Shown here: positions 34,571 through 48,205 of the stretch, one piece after another
Position numbering within the stretch: the first letter of the stretch is position 1
Layout: each line of letters starts with the position of its first letter
Assembly (NCBI RefSeq): GCF_021869535.1
Contig: NW_026262593.1
Coordinates: 44,206,001 to 44,270,000, forward strand
Direction: 5' to 3'
Source: Mytilus californianus
Taxonomy: Eukaryota
Length of the DNA: 64,000 nt
Made by a program: the position numbers and the translations under genes
Notes under the pieces: model-generated
What the model saw: only the letters and a program-made list of their open reading frames with translations
Told to the model about the DNA's origin: nothing
The model's database searches: none

Positions 34571-37500
34571 AATACTCTGTTTAACTCATCATAAGTCATA
34601 TTTTTGTTTTGATTTGTGTCATGGAATTCAAACTGTCATCGAAATGCACCAAACACATTTTTATTAGATTTTCAAAATGACGACAATTCTCCTAATGTCT
34701 TAATTCTTGTCTATTCAAGAACATTGTTTGTTGCATTAGCCATTGGTCCTCTATTCAATGTTAAATTGATTCTACACTTGAAAAAAATGCAGGATGAATT
34801 AGATCCCGTCTGAAAGTCTTAAAATGTCTGTTTTTTAGTCTTGGTAGTTTTCTGTCTCATTGACGTTGACCCCGACAAAACTCCTTTTCCATTGTATTCA
34901 CGATGATTAAGTTGCAAACTACACATGTATAAATTTGGTTTGTTAACAACATTCAGTACCGGTAGCATATTTTCTGAACCTACTGGTAATGGACGCCAAG
35001 GAGTAAGTTCACAATAAATTAAGTTATATCTAGAATTACAATCCATCATTTACGATATCTGAGAATTCTGTTCCGTAAATCAGATTTTGAAAATATTAAG
35101 TATTTAAAGTCTACCATGTCTACGACAATCTGGTACCGCTAATGTTGTTGTTTTACATTGTCTCCAGAAAGTAAATGTAAAACAACAACATTAGCGGTAC
35201 TAATTTTACAACACCAGATGCGCATTCCAAAACAAATTGTCTCTTCAGTGATTCTCGATGCCAAATTATTTGAAATAGCTGAAATTTATATTAACATTGA
35301 AGAGCTGATCAAATCAAAAAAGGACCTAAAGTCAAGGGGTAGCTATCAATTTTTAGGTTTTTGTCACGACATGAAGCCAGCCTAGCTGTCTCCAATGTTC
35401 ATTCTATTTTTTTTTATCAAAATTTATTGTAGGTTTTTATTTTTACAATAGTTTTGCCACATTTCTTCCTTTCTTTTCGTATGCTGTAAAAATATTAGAA
35501 CCTAGTTTTTGCTATTCAAAGTAATTGCAAAATGTTGTGCCTTTAAAACAAAAAAATGGATTTTCATTAAGTATTATCGAAACCATCTATTGAATTTTGG
35601 TATTGTATTTGCAATATATTTTATATTGTGTATAGCCGAGATCGAGAATAGGTTCTCATATCTATAATTTAAGGCATCACTAAATCTTCTCTATCTTTTA
35701 TTTGTCAGTTCAGTTTTCAACGGATCGCTGATCGACAACATAACTATATATTATTACTTTGAGATAAAACTGTCATATGCTTCAAAAACATATAATACTC
35801 CAATATACCAAACGCTTATTAAATGATGAATACCTTATTTTGAAAACATATAAGAATTTTTTTGTTCACATGCAAATTTTAAGAAGTATTTTATTTCTGA
35901 AAAATTGTGTTTAAAGTAACGTTATGCTTCGTAAAACACGAAATACATGTACAGGAAAGGAAAGTCAATTAAGCTGATCGTAAGCGATGGAATTTATACG
36001 AACAGTCACAATATTTTTTCAAACATCAATCATAAAGGAACTTGATTTCCGGACAAATGATTACGAATGTCCAAAGACTTAAATGTTAGATTTTTTTTTT
36101 TTCTCTTCGTATGTTGATTTAGTTCTTTTGTTTTCTATATCCAGAAAATCTCATTGAAATAATCTTTTTCACGATTTTTGAGCGTATTTTACGAGACATA
36201 TGTAGATTAACAAAAATCAAAAATCAAAATTATTGGGGATATATGTTCTTAAATTAAATCAAAAATGTTGGGGACATGTGTTCTTAAATTAAATTTGGAA
36301 AATTGTGCTTTTTATACATGCATTGAAAAATTGAAATATTTAGATAAACTGTTGATTCTGATTTTGCTGATTCCTATCTGAACAGTCGTTTTTTTTTTTT
36401 TTATTCTAGTATTTCATTTAGATATTAGAATAGAAACAGTTCATTAATTATACTGTTGGAGAAGCAACTAGCTTATATAACAGACAATTATCAATCAATT
36501 TGTATTATGCGAGATTTCATATCCATATCCATGTCTGTTCAATCATTATATTATCAGCATATTGGATTTTTACAAATTTTGTCAATTAATTTTTCTTTAG
36601 ATACATTGCATTTTTACTGAGCAGCCTTTTCCAAGTAACTTTGAGCTCTCCTAATGAAGGTAAATCCAGAAATGGGGTTCGGACACATGAAATGTATAAA
36701 GTGTTGTTTTCAATGTTTATCATATATCCTTTAAAACAATACAACCATAACTACTAAAGTACTAGATACCTGTTATTTTTTCTACCGGTTCAAAACATTA
36801 TTGCCAATTCACATAAACGAAACTGATAATAATGAGAACGTAACAAAGATCATTTCAACGTCAAGAAATAATCCCTAAATCTAGAGTACAGTAGTTTACG
36901 ATGTTCAAATCTCACAAACCGATTGAGAAGATAAAAATCAAGTAGACAAACATACACTGTGGGAATCTCATGAATCCAAAAAGGAGCAAGACTTGGTGTG
37001 TCGACAGGGTAAGGATATCCAACTATGCATGTGTTACTCCAAAACCATCTGAATATTATTTTAAATTAGTTCATCAAGTAACTATAGTATACTTGTGAAG
37101 AGGGACTTGTTTCTTACAAGCCACAGTACTTTATAAAAGGTTTTATATGACATTTAGTTGTTACAGAATGTGCCCTTCTAAACTTTTATTATGAAATCAA
37201 TTCTTTTCCATTCGTTTGATGTGTCTGTGCTTTTGATTTTGCCATTTGATTAGGGACTTTCCGTTTTGAATTTTCCTTGGAGTTGTACTTTTCTGGTGAA
37301 TGCGTAGTTCTGCTAGGCAGAGACTTCGAAAAAGCAAAAGGAAACTCATCATATATATCAGGATAAAAATTTGTGAAACAGATATTCCATAACAGTCATA
37401 TCTAGCAACAATGTTTTGTTAGAAATTTGTAATAGTACGCATACTATTCCTTTACTTTTTTAACTTACAAAACAGATTTGTAATTACAGTGTGGCTGAAT

Positions 37501-39579
37501 TATCCTTCTTTGTATTGTGTAAGTTGTCTATGTGATGAAGATGATATATACAGTAAACTTGTAAAGAAAGTAATTTGTTTATTATAGTGACATGTGTAAT
37601 AATAATTCGTCATACAGATATGTTACAAAGACATTAAAATCTATAAGTCACTTTCAAATGCATCAGAAAGTATTTTATCCCCACGGATTTTTGAACAAAT
37701 TAGAAAGTTTTAGCCACAGTAAAAATTAAGAATGTTCTCTATATAAATATGAAAAATGGAAAACAAATAGAATTACCAGTTTGAAAGATTGAATCTATGT
37801 CTTATCAAACGAACACAATATAGTAAATAGAATCAGAAAATATAAATATGTTCTGTACGTTTTGTGTCAATCGATGAATGGAAATAAAAGGTGCAAATTA
37901 AATACGTTGATATTAATATTGTTACACATGAGTTTGTCTGCCCTAAGTAAGGAGACCGTCCAGTCGTTGTCTTTGTTGAATTTATTTTTTTATTTATATT
38001 CTTCTTTTTTGCCAATTAAAGAATTTAGCGATTACGGGGAATCTTTTGTAAACATTGTCAACTATTTTTTCTAAATCTCTCAATCTGAACTAAACTCATG
38101 ATGGTTTAGAGTTTGATCTTGTAGGCACGTTTCCAATGTTTAAGACCTGTATGATGACCTATAGATGTCTTAATGGTTTTACTAATTTGTGTTTAATAGC
38201 AGTCTTCTCAATACATACCCAACATTACGGTTAAATTATGTTTACATCCATTCTTAAAATACTAAAAAGTACATGATATAAGAAGCCAAACGAAAACATT
38301 TATTAATCAACAATGCATAATTTGTTATTCACACTCATAACATGAAAACATTGCTCAAATACAAAATAATATATCAGCGGATCAAATCATACCCATCTGC
38401 AAACCATGATATGTAAGAATAATACTTTAAAAAATGATGGTACCAATACTATTACACAAGATAAGCACTCGAACATTAATGACTTCATTGTTGCTCGAGG
38501 CCGAATTATTTGAATGTGCTAAATCTAATATACAACTTTTAAAGAGATGATACAACAAAAAAAGGAGCAAAAGCTAATCAAAACTCTGACAAGGAATCCG
38601 ATCAATGGAAAAACAGAGATACATTCCTCAAGTACCAATCTGCCTAAGAATCAGGCAGTGTTGAAAACATGACAAACAGAAATCCACTCAGCTTTACACT
38701 AATTTAAGTTCAGAATGTATAATGGTGCATGAATATACCATTCCTTTCCTTTCCCTGTTCTGGTAATTCAAGATACAATTTGGTTGAAATGCACTAGAAA
38801 TTAACAAATAACGGGATAAAACTCAATAATTAGCTATCATTCTAACCAAAAGTCATCTAGATATTTTTCGAATTACCAGAAATGCAGAAACGAAAGACCT
38901 ACCATTTCTAACTCAGGATGACGATACCTTTAAAATAGGGTGGTTAGGTTGGTGGGTTTGTTGGGCCATGTGTTGAGTTTTTTCTTAATTGCCTGATTCT
39001 TACAAAGACTAGCATTTAATTTTTGAGGATTTCGAAATTTTATTACAGCAAATTTCAAAAAAAAAATATCCGTATTTGCATGTCTGTTACCGATTTATAA
39101 AGCTGGCGATGAACATAGAAATATTAAGTCATGTGCAAATAACATCCAAACATTCAAACATCCACAAAAATAAACAAATCGTCAAAGAAAATACTATTTA
39201 CATAATAATTTGCTTCCAATAAGATTTAAGATTCAAGGAACAGTACATCGGCTATCTCACAGATTTTGGCTCGTTAAACTATAACTGGTAATCGAAAAAA
39301 ATAATTCAATAAATCTCTTTTATTCTTAATATATCACTGATTTATTTCAGAATAGGCTAACACTTGTATAGAAAGCACAAAAAATACAAGAAATCCTTAA
39401 AACATCAAATCTCAATTTTTAGTCCATAGATTTTTCTTAAAAAATCATATGTTGTTGATAAATAAATTTCCGTTAAGAAAACGTCTGACAGTTTTGACGT
39501 AAAAAGACTGCAAGTAGATATCACCATTCTGAACATATCTGGCCCAATCAGAATTTTTCTTTTCATATGGGTTTCCCAG

Positions 39580-40925
39580 ATAATAGACATTTACCCCTAT
39601 GTTCTATGTTTTCTCCATGTCAGCCATCTTAGTTTTCATGCCGTATCATCGAACACATTTTTTGAATAGATACCCAAATAAAGATTGTTGCTAAATCTAA
39701 TTGAATTTGGACAAATAGTTTTAGAGAGAAGATTTTTGTAAGATATCAAGCAAAAGCGCAAAAAATGGTAAAATCGTCATTTAAGGGCAATAATTCTAAT
39801 AAAGAGTCATCTGACGATTTCGGCCAAGTTGCCTTATTTGTAGATCTTGTCTTGCTGATCATTTTTGCTACATAAAGTTTATCTCCATCTTTTAAAGATT
39901 TCAAGATAATAGGCAAAAATGAAATAAATGGTGAAATTTGTCATTTAAGGGCAATTTCTCCCATATGAAGTTGTCTTGACGAATACGAATAATTGGTAGA
40001 GCTCAACATTGTGGACATTTCTCTCCCTCTCAGAATTTCTCTTTTTATAGCGGTTTTCCAAATAATAGACAAAACATGCATTTTACCCCTTTGTTCTTTT
40101 TTTAGCGATGGCGACCATCTTGGTTAAAAGGCGGGTCATCGGATACATTTTTTAAGCTAGATACCCCAATGATGATTGTGGCCACGTTAGATTAAATTTG
40201 GCCAAGTAGTTTCAGAAAAGTAGATTTTTGTAAAACTGAACGACGACGGTCGAAAAGGTCCGGTAAGGGATAATTTTGGCCTAAAATTTGTCTACATTTG
40301 TTAAAACTTAAGTGTCTACTTCAGACGATTCAATTAGTTTATGTAAAAGATTGGAACTGAGTTGGTCATTAAAGACGCTCAAATTTAAGCTTAAATATGA
40401 AAAATTTATCAAATATGCCATAAAACGTCACTTTTTAGATGTTTTTTGTCTAAAATGTAAGTAGCTGCATTCGTGTTCAGTCTCAAATTTTATATATGTT
40501 GTGTATTATTATCAAATACAACATATATATTTAAATATTAAGACTGAACACAAGTGCGGCCACTCCCATTTTGGACAAAACCGTCTAAAGATTAGCACAA
40601 ATGCTAACATTATGAAGATTTCAGCAATTTTGCATGAATTAATGATGCTGTACCTGATACATTATGTGCATTGTATTTAAAAAAAAACAGCACATATTTA
40701 TGTAATAAAAGTAATCTACTTTCCAATAGTTAGCTAAAAGTTCACATTTTTAACAAATTTGTAAAAATTCTATATTTGGGTCAAAAGGGGTCTTATCAGG
40801 TCTACCACTTTGGTCAAGTAGTTTCAGAGGAGAAGATTTTTGTAAAAGTTAATAGACGACGACGAACGACGCACGCCAAGTGATGAGAAAAGCTCACTTG
40901 GCTCTTTGTCCCAGGTTAGCTAAAA
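39580..40925 (+). mobile_element. HINE-like element with ~170-bp cores, GAC microsatellite and 3' hairpin
   Basis: Cores atttaagggcaat at ~39779 and ~39941, gacgacgacgaacgac at ~40855-40870, and end agctcacttggctctttgtcccaggttagctaaaaa. Confidence 0.7.
40253..40811. mobile_element. MITE, longer relative of 21718-21942, inserted in the HINE-like element
   Basis: aaaaggtccggtaaggg ... cttatcaggtctaccacttt. Shared body cttaagtgtctacttcag...gtcattaaagacgctcaaatt...aaatatgcca. Confidence 0.65.
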
Positions 40926-41000
40926 AGACAAAGACCAAAAGACAAACAACAGTATACAAAACACAACATAGAAAACTTAAGACTGAGCAATCTGTGATTA

Positions 41001-41420
41001 GTGGTCCAAAACATTCTATTGAAATTTCAGTCGATGTCATAAACAGGTTCACCATTTATTATCCAGAAACCTTTAAAAGTTGATTTTTGTCAACCATCAA
41101 GTACTATAAATCTGCAAGTGTAAAGTTGAAAATGAAGAAAATCAAAATTAAACTAATTTAATTAAGTGGTCCAAAACATTCCAGTAAAATTCAATCAATT
41201 TCAAAAAGGGTCTTTCCATGTATTATCTGGAATCCCCAAAATTTTGAATTTTATTAACACTCAAGTACCATTACTCTTGATTGGTAAAAGTGAAAACGAC
41301 GAAAATCGAATTTATGTCTTATGTGGTCCTAAACATTCCATTAAAGTTTCAACCGATTTGAAAAGGGGGTTTTCTACTTATTATCCCGAAACCCCAAAAT
41401 TTTCAATTTTCCAACAACTA
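41001..41420. repeat. Three degenerate ~160-bp tandem units
   Basis: gtggtcc(a/t)aaacattc at 41001, 41166 and 41323. Confidence 0.7.
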
Positions 41421-42539
41421 CTTTCATATTTGTTCATGCATCATGATGGCTAAATCTTTTGATTTTGGGTTTGAGCGTTCAAGAGGTTATTCAAGATAAG
41501 CGTTTCTTGTATCAAATTGATAAGTGATTTGTTTTTCTTTTTCTAGCAATGGGGTGATACCACTGCTTTTGGTTTGCTAGTGCCGAAGGTATCATCAGTT
41601 CAGTAGTCAGTGCTTTGGTAATGGCAAGATTTATAACATACCTTCCGTTAATAGATTTAGAAATTGCTAGATTAATTTGAGGTCCCAACTCCCTTAGACA
41701 AAGTTGACCTTGACAACTCTTTTTAGGTCCCTTTGTGTCGTGTAGCTCCTCACGTATACAAGAACTTGTACATCCTTGGCTTTCAACTTTTTTAAAGTGA
41801 CCACTACTTATGAAGCTAAGTCCAGGAACCAGCTTCGGATGCAGCAAATTCGTATGGTGTGATTTTAATTGTCATGGTTGTTTATAAATGTGTTTTGTCT
41901 TGACATGAAAGAAGCAACTTCCACCAATCTGATACGGTATGCTGTCCAGTCGTTAATTATGATATCAGATTGTAACAGAAATTACACGACTATTGTCACT
42001 AGTCAGAGCATATCACGAAGTTTAATTGAGTTTTTGTTGCTGAATCCTTACGTTGTTTTTAGTATTTTGAGGGTCGTTATCTGACATTCTATTGATTCTT
42101 ATTAAGGTGCTTTCGGTCCTTCATCGACTTGCGGATTCGATTGGCTCGTTACTTTTTCCTTTTGATAGAAACGAGGAAACATTATGTTTCCAGCTGTATT
42201 CCTTTCGATGTCTCTACATTATAACCTTTTTTAAATGTCTAACTTCCTTTAACATTTTGATATAAGTTTACCTCATCATAATCTTGGCCGAGTTCACATG
42301 TCAGATAAACAGGAATGAAGAGGATGTGTGAGCCTATGATAGGTTGATAATATTTAGTTGCTTAACCTTTCGTGTGACCATACGAAACATTTATTAGTAA
42401 CAATCCTTTAATGAATTCAATGTAAAAAGGATAAGGAAACAAACATTTTAAGGAAGGATTTGAACAATTAACCAATACTCATTCATTTCTACTGAATAGT
42501 GTCTTCGTTTCTTATTGGTTAACATAGATAAATTGTTGA

Positions 42540-42744
42540 TATAAGTTAGACAATCAGGTCAAATTGCTTTAGACTTAAATACTTGAAACAAGAATAATAT
42601 TTTCAAATCAGATTTACGAAATATTGTAAATGCCAGATGTACATTATTTTACCGTGCACTTACTGCTGGACGAAGAATAGTAGTCGATGATGCACTTAAC
42701 ATAACCAGTGAGTTCAGGAAATATGCTGCCAGTACTGAATATTG
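42540..42744 (-). repeat. Inverted paralogue of the TRIM-unit 3' flank
   Basis: The reverse complement of 42700-42744 matches 29466-29510 at 42/45 bases. Similarity continues through gtaagt to aagtattt(a)aagtct...tgattgtct.actta (~29690 / ~42540). Confidence 0.8.
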
Positions 42745-43261
42745 TTTCTAGACATAAAACTCGAATTTGACTTCAGCTGTCATTACCAGTATAATATAAC
42801 AAACACGACGCTCGTATGGTGTATACTTTACTAAAATTATACGATAACTTGAAGCTGCGATCCATACTTTGTAGACGATATCGGTGTCTGAGCAAAATAT
42901 TAATGAACCAGGATTTTGTCAAGAAACATCTCGTTCTTTTCTCAAATAGTACATCGGAAAGAACCAAGACATACTAGATAAATATTCAGTGTCTACTTCA
43001 CAAATATACTAGGTGTTCTTCAGTTAGATTCTGGGTGCTGTCGTTGTCGTTGTTCTTTTTGGTCCTATGACTCGGTATTTGTGCATCCAGCTATCGGGTT
43101 TTTTGCTTTGAGCGTTTCTGGTGCAGGTGAGGCCATATGTGCAATTCGGGCGCAAGAGGTTAATACATTGTTGTACTGATTTTGTTTACCCTTGTATTTA
43201 TATTTTACCTAATTCGTACTTTATCCGGAAACATGTATACTAGTACGGCATTGTACATACC

Positions 43262-43765
43262 TTATTAGAGTTATTGCCATATAATGACGATTTTTACCAT
43301 TTTATCTCATATCTTAAAAATTATATTAGATAGATAGAAATTTTAAATAGCAAAAATGATCAGCAAGACAAGATCTACAAATAAGTCAGAACATGTCTGA
43401 AATTGTTAGTCGACTCCTTATTGAAGTTATTGCCCTTTAATTATGATTTTTCCAATTTTGCCTATTATCTTGAAAATGGTAATAGATAGATATAGACTTT
43501 AAAAAGCACTTATAATCAGCAAGACAAGATCCACAAATAAGCCATAAGCAGTCGACTCGTTATTGGAGTTATTTCCCTTTAATGATAATTTTTTACATTT
43601 TTTTTGTAATTTTTTCCCATTATCTTGAAAACTATAAAACATAAATAGAAACTTTAAAAAGGAATAATTATCAGCAGGATAAGATCTACAAATATGTCAA
43701 CATGACTGAACTTATCAGTTAACTCTTTATAGAGTTATACCCCTTTAATGATGATTTTTACTAAA
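43262..43765 (-). repeat. About three tandem cores of the same family as 39580-40925, opposite orientation
   Basis: atcagcaagacaagatctacaaataag at ~43360, ~43515 and ~43670 is the reverse complement of the core at ~39833-39860. Confidence 0.7.
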
Positions 43766-45342
43766 AATTAACTATTGTTGAAGATGCAGGTGAGAGACAT
43801 CTGCCTGTAGTTCAGATTAATTTTGAGCGTCTTACAAACATCAGAGAGAACTTAAACACTGACAACATAAAATTGGTATAGAATATATTTTACGTGATAC
43901 TATTCGAAAAAGGGTTTACAAAACTAATGTAACCAGAGTTATCTAAAAGTTATGAAATATTTGATTTAGTCTAAACCGAATGCTAACTATTAAGAATTGA
44001 AACTAGCTGGGAGTTTTAAAAAGATCGCAAAGCGGATTTTTTATTAACGATTCCTGTTATAATATGATTTGAATATGAATAAAAGAAAATGTTCAGTGTT
44101 TTGGGCTCATTTTTCTAGTTGAGATTTAGATATACAATAAATGTTAAAATTCTGCATTTAAAATATTATAAAACAAATCAAGTGGCTACGTACTTTGGTT
44201 TGAATGAATGTGACAGATTTTATAGTTACCTATCGACCTCTGGTTCGAGAGATTCCTTAACAGCTGTACGCCACAATTATGTAAGAAAGTATGCCAAAAT
44301 CAAATTAGGCAGACATGCGTTCTGAAATATATATATGCTTCAACTCATTTCATACTTAATTATTAACATTTCAAGATTGCTAACGCATTTTTGCATGTAT
44401 GACACTATGATTTAACTCAATGAAACATTATGATGATTAAAGATTTTATATAGATAAGAGTTCTCAGAAGTCTTAATTCCTATTTTACATCATAACGCAA
44501 TGCATAGACGTTATAATTTACATGAATGGAGATTCTTTGATTACTTGTTTGTACTCTGTGTGCTTTGATATAGTAAATAGAATATTTTTCAATCCAATTC
44601 TTGTTACTAAAGAAAAAGTGCATTATTCTAAGGACATACTATTTTTGAATGTTTAAAATGTAAAATGAAATATACTTCGATACATGTCAATTATTTTTCA
44701 ACTAAGGATTTGGGTTTGATAAGGTCCCGATTATGGTCCCTTAATTTAGTTAAAACTTTAAATAAGAATGAAAAGACAATCATTACAATGTATGAAAGTT
44801 AATACAATGACCAGACAAAAGTGTTCTCTTTATATCATAATTAGCACAAAATGTATCCACTAAATTCGATGCAAACACTTCAAATTTCCATTGACTTTTA
44901 GGACCGGAATTACGCATAGTTCGACGAATAAGATATTTTGACTTTACGTTTGTTATAACAACTAATCTATCTAACTTTAATTAGTACACATGTTTGTTAA
45001 GGGGCCAGCGGGATTTTCTCGCTGTGTTGAACACCCATTGGTGGCCTTCGGCTATTTTCTGCTCTTTGGTCGGGTTATTGTCTCTTTGACACATTTCCCC
45101 ATTTCCATTATCAATTTTATTAATGTCCAGTCCTAAATGTGATAGAAAACCACTAGATTTTGTTGACTTTCACTAAAATCTCTTATCTATTGTAAAAATA
45201 TCGGATTTAAATATGTCAACAATGTAAAAGAAAGGCTCGACAAACGCAAACGATTATAGTTGCTTACGTCCACGTCCTTTGGTCTCTATGGATACTTGTC
45301 TTATTGTCTCATTGGCAATCATATCACATCTCCTAGGCTTAT

Positions 45343-45705
45343 TTAAAATTGAGAATGGAAATGGGGAATATGTCAAAGAGACAACAACCCGACCAAAGAG
45401 CAGACAACAGCCGATGGCCACCAATGGGTCTTCAACGGAGCGAGAAAATCCAGCACCCGGATGTGGTCCTTAGCTGGCCCCTAAATAAAATTGTGTACTA
45501 GTTCAGTGAAAATGGACGTCAGACTAAACTCCAAAACATATAAATGAACTAAAATTAAAAAAAAACATACAAGACTAACAAAGGCCAGAAGCTCCTGACT
45601 TGGGACAGGCGCAAACATGCGGCGGGGTTAAACATGTTTTGTGAGATCTCAACCCTCCCCCTATACCTCTAGCCAATATAGAATAAAGAAACACATAGCA
45701 TTACG
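45343..45705 (+). repeat. Interspersed repeat family B copy
   Basis: ttaaaattgagaatggaaatgggg...ccctccccctatacctctagccaat; matches 20018-20625 and 54775-55042. Confidence 0.7.
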
Positions 45706-47422
45706 CACATATTATTGTGTTTTACCAGAACAGATTAAAGTTACACTAATTGTCAACATACCTTTAATAAGAAGACGCGTGTTTATGGTTTTATTTTTGC
45801 ATTTTTTCTCTATTTTATTCAGATTTATATTACATTTAACAACGTCACAAAGATTTTCCCACAACCTGATTGGTTGATTAATTCAAATAGAATTGCAAAA
45901 CAATAACAAAACCAATATTTAGCAGATAATAACTTGCCAATAGTTTTGTCCCACTGTGCTCCAATCAGTTCGATTTGAATCAATGTATATTTGATTTGGT
46001 AAGCAGTGTAGGGATTTGACACTACTTTCAACATCTGTTTAGTATAATTCTACAACGTGAAAGTCAATCATGTAAAACCGCAACATATATCAAATATGGA
46101 ATGACAAAAGTATACAGAATTAACTTTAAGGTAAGTCTCCTGATAATTCCCTATTTTATATCAATTGTGAAATATGATATTCATATTTGCCTGCTTTTAC
46201 TTTTACATTGTGGAAGCACCTGTTGTTATTTGATGAATGTTAATTATTATTTTTTTTAAGTTAGTTTAACTGACTCATTGCCAGAATAATAATGAAATAC
46301 ATGCTAAAATGCATGAAATTTACAGTATACAAGTCGTTTTTTACGGAAATCTATATCTATTTTTAATAGATCTATTCTGTTATTATAAAATTATTCCAAT
46401 ATCATATTTCGAGAATATAGGTCACTCAAATGCTGACAAATTTGTCCAGATAAAAATGTTATCAGCACGTTTTAAATTATTCGACTGAGTATGCCTTTAC
46501 ACTCGTAACGTTATGAAACGGGTTTATCATACATTTAGAAACTTTTCAGCGTTGATTTCATTGGAATTATAAAGGATATAAACATTGTCACCATAGCTAT
46601 GAATTGCAACAATATTAGGGGTAAGTAAAATAAGCAACGAAAACAAAGCCTGTTCGTATGCGGGTTATAACTAACCTAACCACGATTAACGAAATCTCTT
46701 TTGGGCATGATTTTGGTTTTTAAGGGTTGTTTTTACAAAACTGACCAGCAACATCACTATCTTCCATATGAAATATGTATCTTATGAATATTTTTCATAA
46801 GAAATATACATGTCTTAATTACTTTATATAGAGTCGAAGTTATTTTCATAGGATTTAACATTGGCTATGTCTTTGCTCGCGCATAGTAAAAACACATCTC
46901 AAGATCGTCAAGTTTTGATTACACTAAATCTAGTCAAGATTCAGAGATGAGCATACCAAAGGGCTTCGATTTTTTTTAATTATTGTTCTTAGTAAAAATG
47001 TATGTATTCAATTAAAGCATTACATTTACTATAATTGTAAAATAACTATATAATAAAGGTATCCATGTCCGCGAATGTTGCCAATAAGCTTGCAATAAAC
47101 TTGTTGATAAAAAGACGTATAATTACTACTGAATACAAATGGTCGTATTCGATAACACGCTTTGGCCATTTTGTTAATGTTGTTTTAAATAAACAATAAC
47201 TTATCTTACTGAAACAAACGATATCAGCAATACAATGTTTTGGAATCTGATCGTTAAGATTGTTAACCTTGCTGAAAGATTTTGTTTGCATAAACACATT
47301 TTATGCAAAACTGCAAAAAAAAAATTGGTACGTCACAAACTATTCAGTATTTGTAAGTTTACCCAAGAAAATCTGGAAAATTATTTAAAGAATATATACT
47401 ACTAGTAATTGAAGAAGAACTA

Positions 47423-47554
47423 CAGGGCCCGTATGCATAAAGCTACTTAATTTAAGATATCCAATCGTAATACTAATTTATCGTAGGACATGTAGAAAAA
47501 TCCGTCCGTTCGGAACAAATCTTAACTAATGTAGCTTTATGCATACGGACCCAG
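47423..47554. mobile_element. 132-bp MITE with TA target duplication (Tc1/mariner-type)
   Basis: TA|cagggcccgtatgcataaagctac ... gtagctttatgcatacggacccag|TA. Confidence 0.8.
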
Positions 47555-48077
47555 TACTCTAATTGTAAATTGATACATGCTAGAAAAATCTTCAAAGGAA
47601 ATCTAGCTATAATTATTATCTTTATGTATATTATATGTTTATTAATTTGAAAAATAGGGCCGTCAATCAAGCATGTTTTGTCTTAATAGCCATATGATGT
47701 TTTGAAGATAGTCTACAGATTCCAAAAATTTTAGTACTATTGAAAGAATATCAGAAACACGCCAAAGATGCGTGTAGAATTTAAAAAAGGATTATGTCTC
47801 ATTATAGTTACAATGAAATGAGTGCTGAAGATCAACATATATAAATGCTTGAGTTATGTGTCCTATATGTATAGATAATTGTTTTTTTTCTCCACATGAA
47901 TAGCGTAAAATATCAGCCGCGAGTGACTATCTGAACCTTTTTTGACGAGTGAGCGCAGCGAAAAACCTTACATTGTGTCGGCCGACAGACATTTTGCGAT
48001 AACTTGTATTATTGCTCTAATTAACATAAATTTTTCATTCCCTTGTGCTATTTTTTCAAGCCAACGAAAGTTATCCT

Positions 48078-48205
48078 CTCACATTGTGATCTCGCTGAAA
48101 ATTTCTCCACTCACATTGTGATGACGCTGATAATTTCTCTTCTCACATTGTGATGATGTTGATAAGTTCTCTAACATTGTGATTTCGCTGTTATGGTCTT
48201 CTCTA
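48078..48205. repeat. ~32-bp minisatellite, 4 copies
   Basis: ct(c/a)acattgtgat at 48078, 48110, 48142 and 48171. Confidence 0.8.

Larger units (their letters stand above)
31196..35996 (+). repeat. Tandem segmental duplication, copy 2 (~4.8 kb)
   Basis: Colinear with 24555-30566; shorter minisatellite; lacks the 220-bp 3' duplication seen in copy 1. Confidence 0.92.

Noticed and set aside
41512-41847. 111-aa minus-strand ORF
   Set aside because: No recognisable motif, and I could not find an acceptor that links it in phase to the 42.7 kb exon-like segment.
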